Assembly (NCBI GenBank): GCA_017519205.1
Contig: JAFWSW010000109.1
Location: 1-54,121, forward strand
Length of the DNA: 54,121 bases
Origin: Clostridiales bacterium
GTDB lineage: Bacteria > Bacillota > Clostridia > Saccharofermentanales > Saccharofermentanaceae
Direction of reading: 5' to 3'
Shown here: positions 26,203-35,948 of the stretch, one piece after another
Layout: every line of letters begins with the position of its first letter
Numbering within the stretch: position 1 is the stretch's first letter
Made by a program: the position numbers and the translations under genes
The notes under the pieces: generated by a model
What the model was told of the DNA's origin: nothing
What the model saw: only the letters and a program-made list of their open reading frames with translations
The model's database searches: none

Positions 26203-27510
26203 ATGGTTCCGCGCGAAAAGCACTTTGATGTGATCGTGATCGGAGGCGGCCCTGCGGGGATGATGGCCTCCATTACCGCAGCGGAAAACGGATCTTCGGT
26301 ATTGCTTATCGAGAAGAAGGAGACCATCGGAAAGAAACTCGCTCTTACCGGACACGGACGCTGTAACATGACCAATCTCCGCATCCCGGATAATTTCAGA
26401 GAAGCCTATCACGAGAACTCGAGATTCCTGACATCCGCTTTTTATGCTTTCCCGCCGGAAGCGGCGAGAGAATTCTTCGCATCCATCGGCATCCCCTCTC
26501 ACGAAGAAGATGAGGGCCGTATCTTCCCGGATGCGCAGAAGGCAGCTGCTGTATGCGCTGCTCTTGAAAAAGCACTCGCGGCGAAGGGTGTGTGCGTAAA
26601 GACATCTTCTTCCGTGACCTCCGTCAGAAAAGAGAATGACTCCCGTTTCACAGTGGAAACAGAAACGGATACTTTTAGATCAGGCGCTGTGATCCTTGCG
26701 ACCGGCGGCAGGAGCTTCCCGCATACGGGTTCTACCGGGGACGGATATAAGATCGCTAAAGAGAACGGACATACCGTGACCCCACCGGCGCCGGCTCTGG
26801 CACCGATCTTCCTTTCGAGTTTTTCGGATCAGTCGATGGATAGAGGAGAAGACTGCGGCGCGGAGTTCACTCTCGCGGGGATCACGCTTCCCGATGTCGG
26901 AGCGTCGCTTCTGATCGATGGAAAGAAGAAAAAGAGCAGCAGAGGAGACCTTCTGTTTACGCATCAGGGCGTAAGCGGTCCTGCCGCAATGAAACTATCC
27001 CGTGAGCTTCCCCCGGAGTGCGGGAAATATCCATCCGGGAAAGTACAGTTTGTGATCGATATGCTTCCGGATCTGTCTAATGAGGAAGTGGAAGAGAAGC
27101 TTCTAACTGCGATGACGGAGAATCCGAACCGCCACATGAAGAGAATACTCTGTGAGACATTCCACCTTCAGGAGAAGGCCGCCATTTTGGTACTGGCCGG
27201 AGAGACGATGGATCTATGCGCCAATGAGGTGAAGAAGGAGATCAGAAGAAAGATCGCACATGGGCTGAAGGCAAGTGCTTTTGAGGTAGAAAAATGCACC
27301 CCGATCGATATCGCTTATGTCACACGGGGAGGCATAAACATAAAGGAGATCGACCCGAAAACGATGGGATCGAAAGTCGTGGAAGGACTTTTCTTTGCAG
27401 GAGAAGTGATGGATATCGACGGGATCTCCGGAGGTTATAACCTTCATGCCGCGTGGGCGAGCGGAAGATCCGCCGGAGCTGCTGCTTCCGGATTTGCGGA
27501 GAAGTCCTGA
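26203..27510 (+). CDS. HI0933/BaiN-like FAD-dependent oxidoreductase
   Basis: 435 aa. DVIVIGGGPAGMMA dinucleotide-binding motif and GHGRCNMTN signature. Confidence 0.85.
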   Translation: MVPREKHFDVIVIGGGPAGMMASITAAENGSSVLLIEKKETIGKKLALTGHGRCNMTNLRIPDNFREAYHENSRFLTSAFYAFPPEAAREFFASIGIPSHEEDEGRIFPDAQKAAAVCAALEKALAAKGVCVKTSSSVTSVRKENDSRFTVETETDTFRSGAVILATGGRSFPHTGSTGDGYKIAKENGHTVTPPAPALAPIFLSSFSDQSMDRGEDCGAEFTLAGITLPDVGASLLIDGKKKKSSRGDLLFTHQGVSGPAAMKLSRELPPECGKYPSGKVQFVIDMLPDLSNEEVEEKLLTAMTENPNRHMKRILCETFHLQEKAAILVLAGETMDLCANEVKKEIRRKIAHGLKASAFEVEKCTPIDIAYVTRGGINIKEIDPKTMGSKVVEGLFFAGEVMDIDGISGGYNLHAAWASGRSAGAAASGFAEKS

Positions 27511-28437
27511 TCAGACGCCCATGACGCTGATGACGATGCCGGTGAAGATGATGGAAGCGCAGAAAAGACGGTAAGCGATACCCTTCTCGTGGAAGACGAA
27601 TTTACCACCCAGGATCGTTACGAAGCAGGCGCTCTGTTTAACGACCGTCATGACGGTAACGAGACTGTCGGGATCGGCATTGGCGATGAAGAGCGAAGCG
27701 TCTCCGATAACGAACATGATCGACATCAGCCAGATCCAGCCGTTCTTAAAGGCTTCTTTTCTGATCTTTGTTCTGGTGACCAGCACATAAAGAGCATATA
27801 AAACGAGAAGGAAGAACATATACCAGAACTGCATCTGGGAGCTGTTTATGTCCTTCATGAGGATCTTATCGAGAAGTCCGGAGACGGAGTTTAAGATGCA
27901 GGAGCCGAAGGCCAGGAGAACGAACTTCGTGCGGCTTCCTTCCGGTGCGTCCGTGTTCTCTGCGGGAGCTTGGTTTTTTTCTTCGGTTTCGGATGAAGAG
28001 GTCTCGTTTTCTTTCTCATTTTCCCTCTTTCCGATGAATTTGAATTTCAGTGCGAGGAGACCGAAAGCAACGAGGGCCAGACCCAGCATCTGGTTCCACA
28101 GAAGAACTTCGTGAAGGATGATGACGCCCATGAGTGTGCCGAGAAGGACACGGGACAGGTCGAGTACGCCGTAGAGGCTTACGGGAAGATGCTTAAGTGC
28201 GTGAAAGCCCATCATCCAGGCAAGGAAGATGGAGAAGGATTTGATGAGGATCAGACCGTACTGGCAGGGCTCCATTCCCATCGCGTGCGGTGCTCTCGGA
28301 ACAACGATCAGAAACCCGATCAGGGTATAGATCAGGAGAACCTCCATAACGGAGCTCTTATCCATCGCTTTTTTCTTGCTGATTTCACGGCCTCCCTTAA
28401 GAAGACCATATACCAGTGTCAGAAGGATCCAGATCAT
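27511..28437 (-). CDS. EamA/DMT family transporter
   Basis: 308 aa. Two 5-TM halves separated by an acidic E/N/S-rich linker. Confidence 0.7.
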   Translation of the reverse strand: MIWILLTLVYGLLKGGREISKKKAMDKSSVMEVLLIYTLIGFLIVVPRAPHAMGMEPCQYGLILIKSFSIFLAWMMGFHALKHLPVSLYGVLDLSRVLLGTLMGVIILHEVLLWNQMLGLALVAFGLLALKFKFIGKRENEKENETSSSETEEKNQAPAENTDAPEGSRTKFVLLAFGSCILNSVSGLLDKILMKDINSSQMQFWYMFFLLVLYALYVLVTRTKIRKEAFKNGWIWLMSIMFVIGDASLFIANADPDSLVTVMTVVKQSACFVTILGGKFVFHEKGIAYRLFCASIIFTGIVISVMGV

Positions 28438-28679
28438 CGATACTCTCCATGCTTGATTTCGCGCCGAAAACGCCGTTGAAATAATAGTACAGGCGGGTGC
28501 TTTTGTAAACGAGAATTAAATCTGATTTTTTTGAGTTTTCTGCGAAAAAAGCACATGACGATGACAGGCAGGTACTTTTTTGTGCATCTTTGCGGTATCG
28601 AAAAGAGAATCTTTGTGATAATATGTAAAAATCAAAAGTATATCTTCGGCAGAATTTGATTCTATGAGGACGAAACCAA

Positions 28680-30590
28680 ATGGGAAAACCTGAAAACGTA
28701 AGATATGAGAATCAGTTTTACAGACCGCGCCGTGTGAATAACAACGGCCTGGTTATACTTTTCTTTGTCACAATGGCACTTATTGTCACTACGGTCATTC
28801 TTGCCGTAGCTGTCTATAAGAAGGGTAAGAAAGACGCCAAGGCGCCGGAAGATCCTTCCAATACTTCCGAACAGGTAACAGTAACCGATACGAACGGCCA
28901 GACCGTAGATCCGACCGGGATCATCGTAGTAACTCCGACTCCGACACCTGCGCCGACGATCGAGGAATATCAGAACAAGCATCTGTATCCTGCCAAGGCG
29001 AATATGGATGTCCTGATCGGAAAACCGCAGGATAAGTATTCTCCTTCCGGCCGTGGCACGGTGCAGACCGTATATAACGGCGAAGAGAAAGTCACCGGAT
29101 ACAAGAGAGAAGACGAGATCCATATGGGAGATCCGCTCTATTACCAGCAGGTCGGCGGTATCCTGACTTTCCGCGGAACCAACTTCCGTAACTGTGCAAC
29201 ATGGGGAACATTCTCCCTCGACCCTGCCAAGGAACAGCATCTCGAGCAGATCTGGGAATACGATAAGATCGGATCCCTGAAGTCCTCTTCCTGGTCCTGG
29301 CCGTGGTTCGGAACCGGCTGGACAGGTCAGCCTCTGGCAGTAAAGTGGAGCTATGACGTTCAGCAGCTGATGAATATCTATCCGGAGAAGAAGTCCAAGC
29401 AGAACCTTACCGAGATCATCATCGCGGCAATGGACGGCTATGTATATTTCTTCGATCTGGAAGATGGTCAGAAGACACGTGATCCGCTGAAGGTAGGTGC
29501 CACGATCAAGGGAACACCTGCTGTTGACCCGAGAGGATATCCTCTCCTCTATGTAGGACAGGGTGACGATAACGGTGAGAAGGGTAAGATCGGTTTCCGT
29601 ATCTTCAGTCTCCTGAACTTCGATCTTCTGCACTTCCAGTGCGGACTGGATTCCCGTGCGTACAGAAGCAACTGGGGCGCATGTGACTCGTCTCCGATCA
29701 TCTGTGCGGATGCCGATACACTCATCTACCCGAATGAGAACGGTATGATCTATACCGTCAAACTGAACACACAATTCAATGTCAGCACAGGTATGCTGTC
29801 GATCAATCCGCAGACCATCGCTTATAAGTACATCTTCGATGGTGTTGAGGGTAAGCAGCTCGGTATTGAGAGCTCCATGGCCATCTACGATCACTATGGA
29901 TGGTGCACGGATAATGCCGGTAACCTGATCTGTATCGATCTGAACACACTCGAAATGATTTGGTCGAGAAGACTGGACGATGACTCTGACGTAACTCCGG
30001 TTATCGAAGAGGATAACGGTCATGTATATCTCTATACCGGCACCGAGGTCGACTGGCAGAGAGACGAGCTTGATTATCAGGGCGCATCCTATACATATAA
30101 GTTCGATGCGATGACCGGTGAAGTCGTCTGGCAGACATCCCAGCCGTGCTGTACGCATAACGGTAAGAACTCCGGTGACGATGTCAACGGCGGTATGCTC
30201 GGAACTCCTGTAGTAGGTAAAGGTTCGATCTCCAATCTGGTCATCTTCTCCTACTGTATGACGAAGGGCACCTACAGCGGTAATCTCGTTGTGGCTTACG
30301 ATAAGAACACGGGTACCGAGGTGTGGAAGTATGAGATGAAGATGTATTCCTGGAGCTCACCGGTAGATATCTACGATGAGAACGGTAATGCATATATCCT
30401 TATCTGCGACAGTATCGGACAGGTACATCTCGTAGATGCATCAGACGGACACCGTCTGTCCTATATCCGTATGACACGTTTGGATAATCCGGACGCTCAG
30501 CATAATACAGAGTCTTCGCCGATCGTTGTCGACGGCATCATGGTCGTCGGTACACGCGGCCAGTCAATTATCGGGGTGAAGATTTCATGA
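28680..30590 (+). CDS. Membrane-anchored PQQ-like/BamB-like beta-propeller repeat protein
   Basis: 636 aa. N-terminal TM, T/P-rich linker, repeated W/G-containing blades (VYFFDLEDG, LICIDLNT, VWQTSQ, VWKYEM). Confidence 0.7.
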   Translation: MGKPENVRYENQFYRPRRVNNNGLVILFFVTMALIVTTVILAVAVYKKGKKDAKAPEDPSNTSEQVTVTDTNGQTVDPTGIIVVTPTPTPAPTIEEYQNKHLYPAKANMDVLIGKPQDKYSPSGRGTVQTVYNGEEKVTGYKREDEIHMGDPLYYQQVGGILTFRGTNFRNCATWGTFSLDPAKEQHLEQIWEYDKIGSLKSSSWSWPWFGTGWTGQPLAVKWSYDVQQLMNIYPEKKSKQNLTEIIIAAMDGYVYFFDLEDGQKTRDPLKVGATIKGTPAVDPRGYPLLYVGQGDDNGEKGKIGFRIFSLLNFDLLHFQCGLDSRAYRSNWGACDSSPIICADADTLIYPNENGMIYTVKLNTQFNVSTGMLSINPQTIAYKYIFDGVEGKQLGIESSMAIYDHYGWCTDNAGNLICIDLNTLEMIWSRRLDDDSDVTPVIEEDNGHVYLYTGTEVDWQRDELDYQGASYTYKFDAMTGEVVWQTSQPCCTHNGKNSGDDVNGGMLGTPVVGKGSISNLVIFSYCMTKGTYSGNLVVAYDKNTGTEVWKYEMKMYSWSSPVDIYDENGNAYILICDSIGQVHLVDASDGHRLSYIRMTRLDNPDAQHNTESSPIVVDGIMVVGTRGQSIIGVKIS

Positions 30591-31054
30591 GCAAAACGAC
30601 GGCACATGAAGTGATATGGATGAACGAGGCGCTATCGATGAGTGAGAAGAAGCATGATTATAATGACATCGTCTTCATCGTGACTGAACTCTCCGGTTAC
30701 CGGAGAGGAAGCCTTAAGGCGTCTATTGATCTATCTGCCGGACGTATCGCCTGGACAGATACCCATATGTGGAACAACGACTTCGTGCGTGCGCTTTCTC
30801 CGCAGATGGTAGAGCATATTTATCAGAATCTTCCGGGTACGGAGCTTCTTTCCTGGGCGACGGATTATGCCAAGGGAATCGGCCACCTGATGGGATCCAT
30901 GACGGGATCCTTCCCGCAGGACTGGTCCGTGGAGATCCGCTTCTCTGACGGTGAGGTCTTAAAGGCCTGTGGCGTAAGCAACTTCCCGAAACAGTGGAGC
31001 GTCTACAGAAGACTTCTCGAAGAAGTGGCCAAGACTTCTTTCCGCCTCCGCTGA
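30587..31054 (+). CDS. Hypothetical protein, translationally coupled to the propeller gene
   Basis: 155 aa. ATGA overlap at 30587-30590. No recognisable motifs. Confidence 0.5.
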   Translation: MSKTTAHEVIWMNEALSMSEKKHDYNDIVFIVTELSGYRRGSLKASIDLSAGRIAWTDTHMWNNDFVRALSPQMVEHIYQNLPGTELLSWATDYAKGIGHLMGSMTGSFPQDWSVEIRFSDGEVLKACGVSNFPKQWSVYRRLLEEVAKTSFRLR

Positions 31055-31087
31055 TCCCGCTTATCCGCTAATATCTTTCTACTGCGA

Positions 31088-31126
31088 CGGTTCTCACGTT
31101 TAAAGGTGACGAAACCGCCTTTTTTT
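31088..31126 (+). terminator. Rho-independent terminator
   Basis: cggtt/aaccg and tcac/gtga stems with an internal loop, followed by ttttttt at 31120-31126. Confidence 0.6.
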
Positions 31127-31172
31127 GGTACAATAGGGCAGAACTGTTTTTTTCGAAGGGGAAAAAGAGATC

Positions 31173-31775
31173 GTGGATTATTTGGAAGGTCTTTTATTAG
31201 GTCGTCTGTGGAGCGATACAGATTTCGAGAATCGTCGTCATCTGTCGCTTTTCCTTTTGTACGGCATTTTTGTCGATCTTCTGGTCGTATATAACTACAT
31301 GACAGGCGGCATGAACGGCCTGATTACGGGTGCTTTTCTACAGAAAGTAATCATCTTCGTCGTGCTGTTTTTCTTCTGCCCGGCGATCTGCTTCTCCTAT
31401 TACCGAATGCCCTTGTGGGGCAAGATACCGGTACTCGGCGCCCAGCTCGTTAAGATCGGCGCGCTTACTTTATTGATCACAGCCTGGGCACGTCCCAAGC
31501 TTACCGTCTCTTCCGGAGACTTAAAGGATTTCTTTATTTCGTATCTGAACAAGACACTGGAGCATTTTACGGAGAAGTATGTAGATACGGCCGGTACATT
31601 TGCAACGGTATTGGGTGTCATTTCCGGCGGCGTATATATCGTTGTAGTCGTCCTGCTTATCATTCTGGCTGCTGTACTGATCCCGGGTATTGTCTTCTGT
31701 GTCGCACGTTTCCTTCAGTACTGGTATGACAAGGTCGTCAGTATGCTGGTACTGTCGGACTATACAGACAAGTAA
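31173..31775 (+). CDS. Hypothetical multi-pass membrane protein (GTG start)
   Basis: 200 aa. GTG 31173 preceded by GAAGGGGA. About 5 hydrophobic helices. Confidence 0.5.
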   Translation: MDYLEGLLLGRLWSDTDFENRRHLSLFLLYGIFVDLLVVYNYMTGGMNGLITGAFLQKVIIFVVLFFFCPAICFSYYRMPLWGKIPVLGAQLVKIGALTLLITAWARPKLTVSSGDLKDFFISYLNKTLEHFTEKYVDTAGTFATVLGVISGGVYIVVVVLLIILAAVLIPGIVFCVARFLQYWYDKVVSMLVLSDYTDK

Positions 31776-31791
31776 GACTGGAGAACATATT

Positions 31792-32799
31792 ATGGCGAAT
31801 TTATCAGATAAGATCCGGGTATCGATCGATGACCTGGAGGATATGCTGGGTGTTTTCGGATTGCCGGACTTCATAAGCAAAGCGGAATCCCGCTTCGTAC
31901 GCCAGACCATCGAGGTCGCCGAGAGCGTCTGTTCGAATCCGAAGGTCCAGGTCGTATTTGTTTCCGGACCGACCTCCTCAGGAAAAACCACTTTTACCGA
32001 CCGTCTGGTCAGCGAACTTGAAAAAAGAGGGAAGCGGGCGATCCGCCTGTCTCTTGATGACTACTATAACCTCGAAGCACTGAACTACGATGACGAAGGC
32101 CGTCCGGACTTTGAGAGCGTGAATACGCTGGATATGCGTCTGGCCCGTATGGACCTGGCAAGACTCGTCAGCGGGGATGAGGTGGTAACACCTACCTTCG
32201 ACTTTATGACGAGAACAAGAGTCGAGTCTGATAAGCCGGCTCTCTCGATCGGGAAAGACGGTGTCGTGGTCGTGGAAGGCCTGCACGGTCTCTGCGATGA
32301 GACGACGGGTGCTTTTGAAAAAGAGCGCTACATCGGCGTATTTATCATGCCGTACGCATCCGTAATGTCGGATCGAAGACTTCTCGACAGCGATGATCTG
32401 CGCATGCTCCGCAGGATCGTCCGGGATGTCCGCCACAGAGGCGCACATGCACTGACGACGATCGATTACTGGCCGATGATCCAGAATTCCGAGCAGGATT
32501 ATTATCGGGATTACCTGACGAAGGCGGATGTTCATGTCAACTCGTTCCTCGCGTACGAGCCGCTCGTGATCGCGGGCCTCGCCAAGCGTGATATCGAAGA
32601 GGCGCTGGCGGCGTATGATCAGGGAATTCTCGCACCTTCCGTATTCATGGAAAGAAGTAACGTAAAAAAAGATTTCGCAAATATCGAGAAAGCGGTCGCG
32701 AAGGCGAGGATGCTCCACGCCTGGCTCGACATGATCCCGCCTGCGAAAGAGACATTCGTTCCGAAGACATCGATCCTGAACGAATTCCTGTGTCTGTGA
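31792..32799 (+). CDS. Uridine kinase/phosphoribulokinase-family P-loop nucleoside kinase
   Basis: ATG 31792 lies 8 nt after GGAG. GPTSSGKTT P-loop. The ORF is open further upstream, but that stretch overlaps the preceding gene. Confidence 0.7.
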   Translation: MANLSDKIRVSIDDLEDMLGVFGLPDFISKAESRFVRQTIEVAESVCSNPKVQVVFVSGPTSSGKTTFTDRLVSELEKRGKRAIRLSLDDYYNLEALNYDDEGRPDFESVNTLDMRLARMDLARLVSGDEVVTPTFDFMTRTRVESDKPALSIGKDGVVVVEGLHGLCDETTGAFEKERYIGVFIMPYASVMSDRRLLDSDDLRMLRRIVRDVRHRGAHALTTIDYWPMIQNSEQDYYRDYLTKADVHVNSFLAYEPLVIAGLAKRDIEEALAAYDQGILAPSVFMERSNVKKDFANIEKAVAKARMLHAWLDMIPPAKETFVPKTSILNEFLCL

Positions 32800-32814
32800 A
32801 AGGGGGAGTAAGAA

Positions 32815-33750
32815 ATGCCGATACGTATTCCGAATAATCTCCCTGCAACAGGGATCCTTGAAAAAGAGCGCATTTTCGTTATGACCGAGGACCGCGCCTA
32901 TACGCAGGACATCCGTCCGCTGCATCTTCTGATACTGAATCTCATGCCGAATAAGATCGCGACGGAGACACAGCTTCTGCGTGCGCTCAGTAACTCACCG
33001 CTTCAGGTCAATATCGATCTTCTTTATACGGCATCCTATCATCCGAAGCATACTGCAACGGAGCACCTCGTTAAGTTCTATGAGACCTTCAACGACGTGA
33101 AGGACCGTTTCTACGACGGCATGATTATTACCGGCGCACCGGTCGAACTGATGGAGTTTGAGGAGGTCGCCTACTGGAAAGAACTGTGCGACATCATGGA
33201 CTGGAGTAAGACCCATGTCTACTCGACGCTTCACATCTGCTGGGGCGCACAGGCCGGCCTTTACCACCACTACGGTATCCCGAAGTACAATCTTGAGAAG
33301 AAGATGTTCGGCGTATTTGAGCACAGCATGACCTATACCAAGCCGGTCAAGCTCTTCCGCGGCTTTGATGACTATTTTTATGTACCGCATTCCCGTCATA
33401 CCGAGGTGAGAAAGTCGGACATCGAGCGTCATCCGAACCTGCGTATCCTGTCGGAGTCGGAAGAGAGCGGCGTATATGCCGTATCCGATCTTTCCGGACG
33501 ACAGATCTTCATCACCGGTCACTCCGAGTATGATGTCAATACATTGAGAGATGAGTATTTCCGCGACGTCAATAAGGGTCTTCCAATCGAGGTCCCGAAG
33601 AACTATTTCCCGAACGACGATCCGACAAAAGAGCCGCACATGAAGTGGAGATCGAGCTCTACACTTCTTTTCATGAACTGGCTCAACTACTACGTATATC
33701 AGGAGACACCGTTTGATATCTCCACTATCAGCGAGGTTCCGAAGCAATAA
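32815..33750 (+). CDS. metA: Homoserine O-acyltransferase MetA
   Basis: 311 aa. [11 protein letters not shown]...LLILNLMP N-terminus typical of MetA. Confidence 0.9.
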   Translation: MPIRIPNNLPATGILEKERIFVMTEDRAYTQDIRPLHLLILNLMPNKIATETQLLRALSNSPLQVNIDLLYTASYHPKHTATEHLVKFYETFNDVKDRFYDGMIITGAPVELMEFEEVAYWKELCDIMDWSKTHVYSTLHICWGAQAGLYHHYGIPKYNLEKKMFGVFEHSMTYTKPVKLFRGFDDYFYVPHSRHTEVRKSDIERHPNLRILSESEESGVYAVSDLSGRQIFITGHSEYDVNTLRDEYFRDVNKGLPIEVPKNYFPNDDPTKEPHMKWRSSSTLLFMNWLNYYVYQETPFDISTISEVPKQ

Positions 33751-33776
33751 TCGGAACATGACACCGGGAGGTAAGG

Positions 33777-34745
33777 ATGCTGCAGTCACCGATCTTGATC
33801 GATCAGAATCTGATTTCCGGAAAATGCCCCGCACGTCCATCTGCCGGACATAAGGGAACTTTCGGCCGCGTGCTGATCTGCGCCGGATCCGTAGGTATGG
33901 GAGGCGCTGCCTGCATGGCCACATCCTCCGCGCTGAGATCGGGTGCCGGTCTCGTCTATGTTCTTACGGAAAAAGAACTTCTTTCGCCGCTTCTTGTGCA
34001 CTGTCCGGAGGCACTGGGCCTTTTCTTCGAGGAGGAAACTCCTGCTGCACTTCCGGCTTCGATGGCAGCCCCCGCGGTCATGACGATCCCGCTTGCTCCT
34101 GCTAAACCGGGATTTGACGCTTTTTATTCCGAACAGCTTTACGGAAAGGATGCCTGCCTGATCGGTCCCGGCATCCCGACTTCTTCCGATAAAATAGACA
34201 GCATGCTCTGCATCGCGGCAAAAGAGGCCTCTCATCTGGTACTCGATGCCGGTGCGCTTTCTTATCTGGCTTCCCATGAAGAGGTGATGCAGGAGATCTC
34301 CGCAAGACGTTCCAGAGGACTTTCCCCGGCGGTCCTGACTCCGCATACAGGGGAGTTTGCCCGCTTCGTACCGGGATTTACGGGAAGAGAGATAGCACGG
34401 GCGGGTGCTTTTGCCGAAGAAAAAGGAGTCATCCTGGTCCTGAAGAATAATGAAACGAATGTCTTTACTCCGGATGGAAAGTGGTATAGTAATTCTGTAA
34501 GCAATTCGGGGCTGGCCAAGGGCGGCTCCGGAGATGTGCTGGCCGGACTTCTTACCGGACTTCTGGCGCAGGGCATGACGGAGGAAGATGCTTCCGTATG
34601 CGCGGTCGGGATCCACAGTCTGGCAGGGCAGTACTGTGCAAAGGAGCACGGGGTACGGGCGATGCTGCCGACCATGCTCTGGCAATATTACGATAGATGC
34701 TTCAAATTTCTGAAGTGGGAAGAAGGAATGGAAAATGATGGATAA
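33777..34745 (+). CDS. nnrD: ADP-dependent NAD(P)H-hydrate dehydratase
   Basis: 322 aa. KGTFGRVLICAGS and GSGDVLAG motifs. Confidence 0.85.
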   Translation: MLQSPILIDQNLISGKCPARPSAGHKGTFGRVLICAGSVGMGGAACMATSSALRSGAGLVYVLTEKELLSPLLVHCPEALGLFFEEETPAALPASMAAPAVMTIPLAPAKPGFDAFYSEQLYGKDACLIGPGIPTSSDKIDSMLCIAAKEASHLVLDAGALSYLASHEEVMQEISARRSRGLSPAVLTPHTGEFARFVPGFTGREIARAGAFAEEKGVILVLKNNETNVFTPDGKWYSNSVSNSGLAKGGSGDVLAGLLTGLLAQGMTEEDASVCAVGIHSLAGQYCAKEHGVRAMLPTMLWQYYDRCFKFLKWEEGMENDG

Positions 34746-35922
34746 GTTTCCGAATCGGTCCTGGGCGGAGATCAACCTGGATATTCTCGCGGAGAATATG
34801 CGTGAGATCCGCAGAGTCACCAGACGCACGGCGAAGATCATGGCAGTCGTAAAGGCGGATGCCTATGGTCATGGTGCGATCGAGACGGCAAGAGTACTTC
34901 TCGAGAACGGAGCGGACAAACTCGCTGTTTCCATGCTCGACGAGGCTCTTGAACTCAGAAAGAGCGGAATCAATGTCCCGATCCTGATCCTGGGACATAC
35001 GGATCCGAGACGTATCTATGAACTGATCGAGAATGATATCGAACAGGCAGTCTATTCACTGGAATATGCGCAGGCGATCTCGAAGAAGGCGATCATCCTC
35101 GAGAGAACGGCACGCATCCATATCAAGTACGATACCGGCATGAACCGTCTGGGCTTCCTGGAAGGCGAGTCTTCCGTTGAAGCGATCCTAGCGATCGCAG
35201 AGCTTCCGGGCATTGAGATCGAGGGAATGTTCTCCCACTTCGCCATGTCCGATACCGATGATGATGAATATACCATGAAGCAGTACAACTGTTTCATGCG
35301 TATGGTGGAAGAACTGGAAAAGCACGGACTGACGATCCCGACGAAGCATATCTGCAACAGCGCCGGAATCATCCGTTTCCCGCAGATGCATATGGATATG
35401 GTAAGAGCCGGCCTGATTACCTACGGTATGATGCCGAAGGGCTGCCCGAAGCCGTATACCGATTTTGAGGTCCGTCCGGCAATGACACTGAAGTCCAGTG
35501 TCGTACACGTAAAAGAGATCCCGGCCGGAGAGACGATCAGCTACGGCAGACACTTTAAGACCGAGAAACCCAGTACGATCGCGACGATCGCCATCGGCTA
35601 TGCGGACGGCTATCTGCGCCGCCTGAGCAACCGCGCCGAGGTATTGATCCACGGAAAAAGAGCGCCGGTCGTCGGAAATATCTGCATGGACATGTGCATG
35701 GTTGATGTTACTGATTTTGAGGAGAAGCCGAAGGTCGGTGATGAAGTCGTCCTGTTCGGCACGCAGAAAGCCAGAGGAAAGCATGCAGAGATCCCGGTCG
35801 ATGAGATCTCCGATATGCTCGATACCATCAACTACGAAGTGACCTGCCTCGTCGGAAAACGTATCCCGCGTGTGTATATCCGCGACGGTAAGATCGTCCG
35901 GATGCACAGTTCGATCTGGTGA
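34735..35922 (+). CDS. alr: Alanine racemase
   Basis: 395 aa. VVKADAYGHG PLP-lysine motif. Overlaps the nnrD end. Confidence 0.92.
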   Translation: MMDKFPNRSWAEINLDILAENMREIRRVTRRTAKIMAVVKADAYGHGAIETARVLLENGADKLAVSMLDEALELRKSGINVPILILGHTDPRRIYELIENDIEQAVYSLEYAQAISKKAIILERTARIHIKYDTGMNRLGFLEGESSVEAILAIAELPGIEIEGMFSHFAMSDTDDDEYTMKQYNCFMRMVEELEKHGLTIPTKHICNSAGIIRFPQMHMDMVRAGLITYGMMPKGCPKPYTDFEVRPAMTLKSSVVHVKEIPAGETISYGRHFKTEKPSTIATIAIGYADGYLRRLSNRAEVLIHGKRAPVVGNICMDMCMVDVTDFEEKPKVGDEVVLFGTQKARGKHAEIPVDEISDMLDTINYEVTCLVGKRIPRVYIRDGKIVRMHSSIW

Positions 35923-35948
35923 TCGGAGCTTCCCGGCGGAGAGAAATA

